A stretch of DNA of 64,000 nucleotides from a virus, in IMG/VR virus record IMGVR_UViG_3300032308_001681, positions 1-64,000 of that record; one strand, given 5' to 3'. Shown here one piece after another: positions 56,319 to 64,000 of the stretch. Made by a program: the position numbers and the translations under genes. Within the stretch, counting starts at the first letter, position 1, and each line of letters begins with the position of its first letter. The notes beneath the pieces were generated by a model. It was not told the origin of the DNA. It saw nothing but the letters and a program-made list of their open reading frames with translations, and searched no databases.

Positions 56319-57251
56319 ATGGCCGAGCGGTTTGTTGCGGGTCGTCAGAAGAACAGCGCTGTGTTACGTATCTCTAACGGAGATATTAGCCAACAGGTTT
56401 TGCATAACGCTGGAATTGAAGCAGTTAATTTTGGGAATACCAGCACGACTAACACCATTCCCCCTAAGCAAGCTGGGCTGTACTTGCTACCCCATGGACG
56501 TAGGACTCTAGACCTAAGCCGTCAGTTTGACACCATGATAGGGAATACAAACGCGCTCATGGATTACGCTTCTTCTCGGGGAAAAACCCGGGAGTGGAGC
56601 CAGTTTTATGTGCATGCCCATGATTACGCTCACGAGTTGTCTCACCGTTACCGCATCTCTCACGAACAGGCTTCGGGAATCATCGCCTCGATGTCTGGTG
56701 GTGGTGGTGAATGGGAAAAGAATAAGGCAAATGCAGAGAAGTTTTTGTCTGCTTACGAAGCAGGGGTTGTTATCAAGCCGTCTCAGCTTAAGGGTGTAGA
56801 ACGCAGCCGAATTGCAAACGCTCACAGGATTTTGGCTGGTGAAGACCCTCAAGAAGTTCTTGGAGACTTGAAGGAGGGTAACTTCATGCGAAGCATCCAT
56901 AACCCTTCTGGTGATTCAATTACTGTAGATACCCACATGCACCACGGAATGACCGGTTGGGTGCGTCCGTGGAAGGTTGAGAACAACCCATCCCTTGGGC
57001 GAGTCAATACAGGGGGTGGAGGTGCCCCCGGACTTCAGCATAAAAATGTATACCACTTTATGGCAGAGGCTGTACGAAACGTAGCAAACGAACACGGCCT
57101 TAACCCTAATGAAGCCCAGTCCACCATTTGGTACGCAAAGAAGACATTGACTAACAATGTTTTAGGCTCACCTCCGCCACACCACCCCAACTTTGAAAGC
57201 TATTACCCCAAAGTCCGTCCCGGAGTTCGCTATAGAAAGCCGACACAGTGA
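56319..57251 (+). CDS. DUF7178-like protein, HhH DNA-glycosylase superfamily-like
   Basis: FY..AH...IIASMS...W..N, K..NF, ITVDTH, EAQSTIW motifs. Confidence 0.6.
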   Translation: MAERFVAGRQKNSAVLRISNGDISQQVLHNAGIEAVNFGNTSTTNTIPPKQAGLYLLPHGRRTLDLSRQFDTMIGNTNALMDYASSRGKTREWSQFYVHAHDYAHELSHRYRISHEQASGIIASMSGGGGEWEKNKANAEKFLSAYEAGVVIKPSQLKGVERSRIANAHRILAGEDPQEVLGDLKEGNFMRSIHNPSGDSITVDTHMHHGMTGWVRPWKVENNPSLGRVNTGGGGAPGLQHKNVYHFMAEAVRNVANEHGLNPNEAQSTIWYAKKTLTNNVLGSPPPHHPNFESYYPKVRPGVRYRKPTQ

Positions 57252-57640
57252 CGACTAGATTCGATGGAAACTACGACCAGACTAAGCCGTGGGCAGGTCC
57301 GGGCGATAGTGGTGCAAACGCCACTAATCGTTATGCCCCAACTTCGGCAGAAAAGTCTTGGTCGTACCTTGGCCCTTGGGCATCCAACGAAGAACGGCTA
57401 ACTCAGCAGGCTTTGGTGGTTGCAACCCTACCGGGAATTACCATTCAAGACATTGTTCGACCTAATCTGCCCCAGTTGCGATTGTTTCCCGACCGTTTTG
57501 GATACGGGCCCCGTACTCAACCCGACATTGAAGACGTTGTAAGTATCGACCGTGTGTACACCGAGCCTCGCGTATCATGGTACTCGGGGGGCGTTGGAAG
57601 CTACTCCGGTTCTTCCCGCAACAGTTTGGAAGGAAACTAA
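57248..57640 (+). CDS. hypothetical protein
   Basis: 130-aa ORF coupled on both sides. Confidence 0.7.
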   Translation: MTTRFDGNYDQTKPWAGPGDSGANATNRYAPTSAEKSWSYLGPWASNEERLTQQALVVATLPGITIQDIVRPNLPQLRLFPDRFGYGPRTQPDIEDVVSIDRVYTEPRVSWYSGGVGSYSGSSRNSLEGN

Positions 57641-57840
57641 TGGACGACGGCGACGGCGCGTACACTATGGAGTTGCAGGCTCGTACAATTGCGCAAAATG
57701 CAATGGTTTACAGGGGGTCTGCACCCTGCCCGCAGTGCGGTGTAGTTATGAACCCTGTGGAGTACATGTACAGCAAGGGATTGTGTACGGTTTGTCACGC
57801 TGACCGTATGGCCATGCGGGTTCGGAAACGATTGGCCTGA
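57640..57840 (+). CDS. small zinc-finger protein
   Basis: CPQC...CTVC; TAATG start 57640. Confidence 0.7.
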   Translation: MDDGDGAYTMELQARTIAQNAMVYRGSAPCPQCGVVMNPVEYMYSKGLCTVCHADRMAMRVRKRLA

Positions 57841-58217
57841 TGGAAAAGACTCCGAAACCACCCCTGACTGGTGAGCCTGCCTCGGCACAAACTCAGGAAG
57901 AGATTACAACGACCGTACGGTCTGGCAGAGCAGCTGCTCGCTCTGGCGCAATGACCCCCGCTGAACGTGCCCTAAAAGACCAGACTTTTTTAGGACGTCA
58001 ATTTCGTAAGACTGTTGCTAAAAACCCAAATGCAATTGAAGAAGTTCCGGACAAGTACGAGATTCAAGTAAATAAAGAAGACAAGGGTTGGAAAACCGTT
58101 AAGGTACACAACAATGAACGCGCCGCGGCGGCACACTACCGTCGAACTCAAGTTGGTCCGAAAATTTCAAAGAGGATTCTTGTAAACGGCAAAGTTGTTC
58201 ACGTAGAAAAGGGTTAA
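57840..58217 (+). CDS. hypothetical basic protein
   Basis: 125-aa ORF coupled to upstream stop. Confidence 0.7.
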   Translation: MEKTPKPPLTGEPASAQTQEEITTTVRSGRAAARSGAMTPAERALKDQTFLGRQFRKTVAKNPNAIEEVPDKYEIQVNKEDKGWKTVKVHNNERAAAAHYRRTQVGPKISKRILVNGKVVHVEKG

Positions 58218-58219
58218 GC

Positions 58220-58807
58220 ATGCCATCATCAGACGCTCGAAAGGCACGTCGTGCCGCCAGTCCACAGGCTGGGCTTCCTAAAGCCACGCCTACAATTGGC
58301 GCTGACATCGGAGACACTGATGTCACTCGACGCAAAGTTGTTGCTACGCAGACCAGTGACCCAGAAAACCCAACAACGTACACGCCTGTTCAGGAAGAAA
58401 GTTCTGACCAGCTGTACTACGCAACTCCCGGCGCATCGCCAGAGGCGGTTACCCTTAGCACGCCTAACCTGCCTCCTCACCACACCGTTATGTCAAACTT
58501 AATTAGCGCACTGCATTCCGCAAATTCTGCTCTTGTTTCAGACGAGTCTGAGCGTAACGGTGTAGAGACTGCTTTGAATAGGTCACTAGAGCACTTGCAC
58601 GAATCCGCACGGTTCCACGTAAATGGGCAACGCAATGAGGCTATTCCGGGAATGGTTGCTGCGGGGGTTGGTGTACGTGCAGCTATACGTACAATACAGA
58701 AGGGTGCCGCCGATACTCGCCGTCGTGGTCACCTCGAACGAGGGTTCCCAACTCCACCCACCAAAATCTTAGACAGCACAATCAAGGCTTACCTAGAAAG
58801 CGACTAA
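58220..58807 (+). CDS. hypothetical protein
   Basis: 195-aa ORF in operon. Confidence 0.7.
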   Translation: MPSSDARKARRAASPQAGLPKATPTIGADIGDTDVTRRKVVATQTSDPENPTTYTPVQEESSDQLYYATPGASPEAVTLSTPNLPPHHTVMSNLISALHSANSALVSDESERNGVETALNRSLEHLHESARFHVNGQRNEAIPGMVAAGVGVRAAIRTIQKGAADTRRRGHLERGFPTPPTKILDSTIKAYLESD

Positions 58808-58871
58808 CACGCTAAGCGTGCGCAACTACCTACCAACTGCAATACTAGAAGTATCGTTTTAGGAGAAAACA

Positions 58872-59078
58872 ATGGCAGTCAACACCTCTCGCTCAATGAA
58901 TCAGGGCCTCAATGAGGGCGCCACCGACGGTAAGTACCGCAAGGCTCGCCCCGACACCGAGGTAATCCCCGGAGTTAGTTCAGAAGAAACCCTCGACAAC
59001 AAGCAGACCCTCCACCCTTTCTACGGCTACGGGTTTGCCACTTCTGAGTACCCAAATCCTGTAATTCCCGGCAAGTAA
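58872..59078 (+). CDS. hypothetical protein
   Basis: AGGAG RBS; 68 aa. Confidence 0.75.
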   Translation: MAVNTSRSMNQGLNEGATDGKYRKARPDTEVIPGVSSEETLDNKQTLHPFYGYGFATSEYPNPVIPGK

Positions 59079-59083
59079 GGTAC

Positions 59084-59112
59084 TTGCGCTCCCGCGTCTA
59101 AGGCGGTAGTCT
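59084..59112 (+). promoter_or_regulatory. sigmaA-type promoter
   Basis: TTGCGC-17 nt-TAGTCT. Confidence 0.55.
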
Positions 59113-59151
59113 TTCTTTACTGGCTTCGGCTAGCTAAGAAAGAGGGAAAAC

Positions 59152-59712
59152 ATGCACGTTCCAAATTGCTATTTATGCAATCGCCAAGACGGCTTACAGT
59201 TTATTGGCACAATACTAGACGCTGGAACCACCAACACTCGAGGGCAAGGCTACACGTATATGTTGGGAGCCCAAAATGGGATGGCGTTTACGGCGTACAA
59301 CTCCACAAACGTTTCGGGACTTGCCCAACGGTTTGCTCACCCCGCAGTCCCCGGTAATCCAACTCCATGGAAGCTGCTTGGGTGGTGGCTGGTCATACTC
59401 TTTGTTTGGATTTTTGTAGAAGCCATTCCATTTTCTGACTCTTGGGTAACCGGCTTAATTACAGTATTCCCTTCAGCGTTTTTTGTCTCGGGGATACTGG
59501 CTTTTGGACTAACCCTGCTGATAGGGTACCTTGGCCGAAAAACAAGCCGTGCCAAACGGTGGCTGTATGCAGTGAATACTCTGCGTAATTCACTATACTG
59601 TTCATGGTGTGACGTTGCTTTCAGCCGAGATGCTGTGGCCATTCCTGAAGAGTTTGTTCAGCATGTGTTTTACAACAACGTACCCTACGAATACCACGAA
59701 ATTGCTCGCTAA
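59152..59712 (+). CDS. two-TM membrane protein flanked by CxxC motifs (moron-like)
   Basis: CYLC at N-terminus, two hydrophobic helices, CSWC at C-terminus; own promoter. Confidence 0.7.
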   Translation: MHVPNCYLCNRQDGLQFIGTILDAGTTNTRGQGYTYMLGAQNGMAFTAYNSTNVSGLAQRFAHPAVPGNPTPWKLLGWWLVILFVWIFVEAIPFSDSWVTGLITVFPSAFFVSGILAFGLTLLIGYLGRKTSRAKRWLYAVNTLRNSLYCSWCDVAFSRDAVAIPEEFVQHVFYNNVPYEYHEIAR

Positions 59713-59726
59713 CAAAAGGACAACAA

Positions 59727-60290
59727 ATGGCGGACGCACCCCTTATCGGTAAACGCGAGTTTGAGCACGATGGGCCAGTTATTCGGTTGTTGATGTGTTT
59801 TGTATGCAACTCTATTGAGGAACTTCCGTCGTACAACGGTCCAAGCGACCAAGACTACTTGCTACAAATTTCTGTTGAGAAGCACGTATTCCCGTCAGGA
59901 GAGCCGCACAAGGGTAAGCTCTTTCTTCTTCCGGTAAAAACATGGGCAAATGAAAGCTCTCGTAAGGAAATCATCCAGCAACTGCGTGGAGGGGCTTCTG
60001 CCGGTCTTGATGCGCTTTCCCCCGAGGGAAACTACTACGCCACCAAGAGCCAGTTTGCCGAAGACGCCATGACGTGCTACGAACGGCATAACCGACCGCA
60101 AGTAGGCTGTCCTGATTATGGCACTCCCGAGAAGCGCCTGCTGCCAAACACGGCAAAAGAACGTGCTGACGTGGGTATTGAAAGCCCAGAGAACGCCCCC
60201 GGCCCAAAGATTTATCTGTGCAACTTCTGTCCTATGCACAGCATCGTAACCAGCAACAAGCGTATGGCGAAAGGGTTGTACAGTGCCTAA
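59727..60290 (+). CDS. Cys/His-rich putative zinc-binding protein
   Basis: CFVC...H...H; C..RH...C...C..CP. Confidence 0.75.
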   Translation: MADAPLIGKREFEHDGPVIRLLMCFVCNSIEELPSYNGPSDQDYLLQISVEKHVFPSGEPHKGKLFLLPVKTWANESSRKEIIQQLRGGASAGLDALSPEGNYYATKSQFAEDAMTCYERHNRPQVGCPDYGTPEKRLLPNTAKERADVGIESPENAPGPKIYLCNFCPMHSIVTSNKRMAKGLYSA

Positions 60291-60570
60291 TACTCGATTC
60301 CAGTTCACAGTGTCCATGAATGTAGATGGGTCTGCTTCTGTAGACCCCAACATTCCGGAAGGAAAAGAGTCAGAGATTGAACGAGAAGCAAACATCTTTG
60401 ACATCATAGACGCCTCTCGCAAACTCGTCAGTGACCTTGAACGTCAACTTATTATTGAGCGAGTTGAGCAGATGCTCTTTGCACTTGCCCCAAAACCAGT
60501 TGCTACTCCCGCGGACATGGTGAAGGACGCTTTGAACAAACGAGGCATCGAGCCGTCAGAGACCGTCTAG
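60283..60570 (+). CDS. hypothetical protein
   Basis: 95-aa ORF overlapping upstream stop. Confidence 0.7.
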   Translation: MPNTRFQFTVSMNVDGSASVDPNIPEGKESEIEREANIFDIIDASRKLVSDLERQLIIERVEQMLFALAPKPVATPADMVKDALNKRGIEPSETV

Positions 60571-60602
60571 TATTAGCCCAGAGATAACGGGCGTACACCA
60601 AG

Positions 60603-60617
60603 TAGACTGGTTACATG
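60603..60617 (+). promoter_or_regulatory. leaderless promoter -10 (TAGACT-N6-ATG)
   Basis: no SD; matches 36907-36921. Confidence 0.6.
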
Positions 60618-61502
60618 TACGAAACGTCGTATTTTAGTAAGCCAGCAACTAGCCTTGACCCCACCCTCTTTGAGGGCCGAACGATAAAGTCGTGGGTTCG
60701 TCAAGGTATTTTGTCGTTGCTGTACGACTTTCTAAACAGGTACTACCGACACCCAGAGTTGTGGGCACACGCATGGCTTGCCGGGTCGGGTGTGTCTTAC
60801 CAATGGTCGGCCGCTCGCTCTCCCGGAGACTTAGATTGTCTAGTGGGGGTTGACTACATCCAGTTTCGTAAAGCAAACCCTGAGTTTGCAGGGCTTTCCG
60901 ACACCGAGATTAGCCAGCAGATAAATGAAGGCTTTCGCTCTGACCTCCAGCCCGGTACAGAAGACTGGAATGGCTACGAGCTGACGTTTTACGTCAACCC
61001 CGGTGCAACAGACATCCGTACAATAAAGCCGTATGCTGCATACGACTTGACGTATAACGAGTGGACAGTCACACCTAACCCAATGGCCAGTGCTCCGGAA
61101 GATGCCGATTGGGAACACTCTGCCGAGTCGGATGCGACTATGGCTAAACAAATAGGCCTTAGGTTTGCGCAGGCTACGCAAGACATCAAGTATTCTCAAA
61201 GCGATGCGCATCGACGCAACGCCGAAGCACGTTTACTGGCAGCGCTTCAACAGGGCAACGCATTGTTCGATGAGATTCACGCAAACAGAAACCTTGCTTT
61301 CTCTGGTAGCGGAGAAGGGTACTCGGATTTCAACAACTATCGCTGGCAGGCCGGAAAGCGTCTTGGTACTATACAAAAACTTAGGCAGATTAGAGAGTAC
61401 AGCGACACTCTAAAAACAAAACAAGAGGCTTCTACTTATGGGGTAGAACTCCCCACCGCGGACACACTTATTCGACGCGCTGCTTTATACGGGAGAAACT
61501 AA
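60615..61502 (+). CDS. DNA polymerase beta-superfamily nucleotidyltransferase
   Basis: LAGSGVSY...GDLDCLV and third acidic residue in YELTFYV. Confidence 0.8.
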   Translation: MYETSYFSKPATSLDPTLFEGRTIKSWVRQGILSLLYDFLNRYYRHPELWAHAWLAGSGVSYQWSAARSPGDLDCLVGVDYIQFRKANPEFAGLSDTEISQQINEGFRSDLQPGTEDWNGYELTFYVNPGATDIRTIKPYAAYDLTYNEWTVTPNPMASAPEDADWEHSAESDATMAKQIGLRFAQATQDIKYSQSDAHRRNAEARLLAALQQGNALFDEIHANRNLAFSGSGEGYSDFNNYRWQAGKRLGTIQKLRQIREYSDTLKTKQEASTYGVELPTADTLIRRAALYGRN

Positions 61503-61516
61503 CTTCGGAGAACTAA

Positions 61517-62002
61517 ATGTACATACTTGTAGAACTTGATACCGTGCTAAAAAACCAAGAAGACAAACCGATTCCTGCAGGAGTCATTATGGCCTCCACG
61601 CTTACGGCGTACAACAGGCTTACATATATGACTTCATCTGCTGAGGATGAGGCTATTCGTTGGTTAGACACACACAAAATTGTGGACTTTGACAACATCA
61701 TCGACAGGTCTGTTGGTCTTGTAGACGAGCCTTTGGCTAAACGTCAACTAATCTTTGCTCGGGCTCGAGGCCCTGTCGAACTGTTCATAACAGGTAACCC
61801 CAGCATGTGGGTCTTTGCGTTTGAGCAAGGCATTCCTTCGGTGCTGTTTGGTGCACCGGAGTACTCTCGCCCAGAGTTCCGTCCAGACGCTCCAAAGCGG
61901 GTACGCTCATGGGATGAGGTGCAGGCGGCCATAGACAAACAAAACGCGGTTCGTACACAAGACCTGCGTCTAACCCGTACAGAAAGTCTCCCCTTCGAAT
62001 GA
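61517..62002 (+). CDS. HAD-fold-like protein (degenerate motif I, ELD)
   Basis: ILVELDTVL...MTS...WL...GIPSVLF resembles PNKP-type HAD domain. Confidence 0.6.
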   Translation: MYILVELDTVLKNQEDKPIPAGVIMASTLTAYNRLTYMTSSAEDEAIRWLDTHKIVDFDNIIDRSVGLVDEPLAKRQLIFARARGPVELFITGNPSMWVFAFEQGIPSVLFGAPEYSRPEFRPDAPKRVRSWDEVQAAIDKQNAVRTQDLRLTRTESLPFE

Positions 62003-63495
62003 AGTTGATTTTTGGCGGAGTAGAGATTCCCAGTAACAGGACTCTTCTTGAGCGCAACGGCGTTGAGCAAGTCATGCTTTCTTACTGGGGCTTGCGCAAA
62101 CGCGGGCTTCCTAAAACCAAGTTGTACCTCATTGACGAGCACTTCTTTCCCGGCATGAAAGTCTGGGTTGACTCTGGTGCTGTACAGGCCGACAAATCTA
62201 ACTTGTCTGAACGTGAACTTGAAGAGTACGCTGCAGATTACGAAGATTTTATTGCTGTAAACCATGACCGCATTGAGGGCTGGGTTGAGTTTGACAGCCA
62301 GAAATTTGGGTTGCCCAAGATTCAGCAGAACCGTGCAGCCTTTGAACATGACCCCAAGATGTGGGTGGTCTGGCATGAGGCGTACGGCACAATGGTGCTC
62401 CAGCGATGGGCAGCGGAGTACTCCAACATTGCTATTCCATCTTCTACCATCGAGTCGGTGACTTCTTTGGCTGGCCTGACTCGAGGCTTGTTGAGCAAGC
62501 ACCCCGTCACGTTCCATGCACTGGCTACGGCCAAGCCAGACAACCTTCGTCAGATTCCTTTTGCTTCTGCTTCTACTCTGTCTTACTTGTCGCCTATGCG
62601 ACGCGGAGAAACCATCGTATGGGATGGTACAAAACTCGTACGTTACCCCAAGAAGATGAAGGCTCAAGCTCGTCCTCGTTACCGAGCGGTAGTGACAAAC
62701 GCCGGACTAGACTTCGATAAGTTCATTTCAGACGACACTCTTGAGGCCACCCGCTTAGCAATCTGGTCATATTTACAGTTGGAGAAGACCATGGATAAAG
62801 ACAAACCAGACTTGAAAGCCATCAAAGGTGGCAAGATAGTAGACAACAGTGACGACACCCTATACACCGGTTTGATGGATTTGATAGGGGGTACTTCTAC
62901 TAACAGCGGTGTTGAGATGCGGAAACCCGAACGGGCAGAGGTAATTCAGCGAGACCCACAAGAAGTCACTTCCATGCCTGTCTTTGGCTACCAAATGAAG
63001 ACTATTGTGGACACCGACGATGCGGGCAACGACATCCTCAAACAGGTTCCTGTTGTACACACAAATGCAACATCTATCCGCCAGTGCGACACTTGCTTTG
63101 TGGCCTCTACATGCCCTGCTTTCAAAGAGAATAACACCTGTGCTTTCAATCTTCCAGTAGAGGTAAAAACCAAAGAACAACTCAAGTCTCTGCTCACTGC
63201 AATAATTGAAATGCAAGGGCAAAGAGTGGCTTTTATGCGTTTCTCTGAAGAAATGAATGGCGGTTACGCCGACCCAAACACCTCGCAAGAAATCGACCGG
63301 TTGTTCAAACTTGTCCAGTCTGTAAAGGAGTTGGAAGAGAACCGGGAGTTTGTACGAATCACCGCAGAACGACAGTCTGCTGGAGGTGTGCTCTCGGCTA
63401 TATTTGGCGACAGAGCACAGGCACTTAGAGAAATGGAACAACCGCTCAACGAAGAGCAGACGACGACAATTATCCGCCAGTCAATCGAAGACTGA
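61999..63495 (+). CDS. TGT/DpdA-like TIM-barrel protein with C-terminal Cys cluster and helical domain
   Basis: MLSY, WVDSGA, EFD, VVWH, FHAL motifs in order; CDTC....TCP......C. Confidence 0.6.
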   Translation: MKLIFGGVEIPSNRTLLERNGVEQVMLSYWGLRKRGLPKTKLYLIDEHFFPGMKVWVDSGAVQADKSNLSERELEEYAADYEDFIAVNHDRIEGWVEFDSQKFGLPKIQQNRAAFEHDPKMWVVWHEAYGTMVLQRWAAEYSNIAIPSSTIESVTSLAGLTRGLLSKHPVTFHALATAKPDNLRQIPFASASTLSYLSPMRRGETIVWDGTKLVRYPKKMKAQARPRYRAVVTNAGLDFDKFISDDTLEATRLAIWSYLQLEKTMDKDKPDLKAIKGGKIVDNSDDTLYTGLMDLIGGTSTNSGVEMRKPERAEVIQRDPQEVTSMPVFGYQMKTIVDTDDAGNDILKQVPVVHTNATSIRQCDTCFVASTCPAFKENNTCAFNLPVEVKTKEQLKSLLTAIIEMQGQRVAFMRFSEEMNGGYADPNTSQEIDRLFKLVQSVKELEENREFVRITAERQSAGGVLSAIFGDRAQALREMEQPLNEEQTTTIIRQSIED

Positions 63496-63521
63496 TAGTA
63501 GACAATAGGACTACATAGGCT

Positions 63522-63893
63522 ATGAAACAACGGACTCTCGAAAACAGCGAAGTAATTATCATTGACGAACCTGTCACTACCCGTGTTAGGCGAAAGGCTT
63601 TTAGCCAAAAACGTTATCTGTACGGAATTGACGAAGACCAGTACATGGCTATCGCCAAGGCTCAAAACTATAAGTGTGCTTCCTGCGGAGACGACGCGCG
63701 AGGATACGAGCATACGCTTTGCCTTGACCATGACCATGTTACTAATGAAGTTAGGGGGCTCTTGTGTTCGGGCTGCAATACAGCTTTGGGGTGGCTTGAA
63801 GATAGCCCGGAACGAATCACCAAACTTGCACGCTATATTCGCAAAGGTGGCCTTGGGGTTTTTGTAACCGACAAGCACGCTGAGCGCATGTAA
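63522..63893 (+). CDS. recombination endonuclease VII-like HNH nuclease
   Basis: YGI...Q..KCASC...DHDH....VRGLLC..CN..LG. Confidence 0.9.
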   Translation: MKQRTLENSEVIIIDEPVTTRVRRKAFSQKRYLYGIDEDQYMAIAKAQNYKCASCGDDARGYEHTLCLDHDHVTNEVRGLLCSGCNTALGWLEDSPERITKLARYIRKGGLGVFVTDKHAERM

Positions 63894-63930
63894 AAGAGGA
63901 AGCCCCACCCTTCTGGTAAGGCTTCCTCTT
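63894..63930. terminator. probable (possibly bidirectional) terminator
   Basis: AAGAGGAAGCC...GGCTTCCTCTT inverted repeat after last + strand gene. Confidence 0.6.
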
Positions 63931-63944
63931 CTGGTACGGCTTCT

Positions 63945-63998
63945 CTACATGAAGTCTGCTACTGCTTCATGTGCTTTCGATACTTGCTGACGGACTCG
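63945..63998 (-). CDS. possible 3' end of a minus-strand gene (partial, runs off window)
   Basis: open minus frame ...RVRQQVSKAHEAVADFM-stop converging on the terminator. Confidence 0.3.
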   Translation of the reverse strand, partial: RVRQQVSKAHEAVADFM

Positions 63999-64000
63999 GT

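Noticed and set aside
61999-63495. Confident call of a complete 7-deazaguanine DNA modification pathway
   Set aside because: No preQ0 biosynthesis genes in the window and one catalytic Asp motif appears missing; kept only as a hypothesis
1-64000. Stop-codon reassignment, introns or inteins
   Set aside because: Core genes (terL, portal, capsid, dnaB, polA, recA) are intact and of normal length under the standard code; TAA, TAG and TGA all terminate genes

Overview
64 kb from the genome of a myovirus (contractile-tail dsDNA phage) of Actinobacteria, roughly balanced GC, with nearly all genes on the + strand. The architecture resembles large actinophage myoviruses: small/accessory late genes (1-5.5 kb); terminase, portal, scaffold and major capsid (5.5-12.2 kb); neck and fibre genes; an operon of tiny Lys/Cys-rich proteins followed by a highly structured ~130-nt intergenic RNA (17.4-19.0 kb); sheath, tube, frameshifted chaperone, M23-bearing tape measure and baseplate, including a gp5-OB/collagen fusion next to a glycosyltransferase (19-37 kb). 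A replication/recombination module follows (initiator with internal iterons, DnaC-like loader, DnaB, primase, SNF2 helicase, SSB, PolA, RecA, resolvases, WhiB, Cas4-like nuclease, SpoVS; 37-53.5 kb), then a block of unknown genes with stand-alone enzyme-like domains and a nucleotidyltransferase/HAD-like/TGT-like operon (53.5-64 kb). The main unexplained signals are: the basic micro-protein operon plus structured RNA; two same-geometry hairpins whose loops resemble the 16S anti-Shine-Dalgarno; a free-standing 26-aa peptide resembling the CxxC redox tail of ribonucleotide reductase; a TGT-fold operon with degenerate catalytic motifs; and apparent avoidance of GATC and CCWGG. No tRNA, integrase, CRISPR array or endolysin was recognised. 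All family calls come from motif recognition by eye, not database searches.
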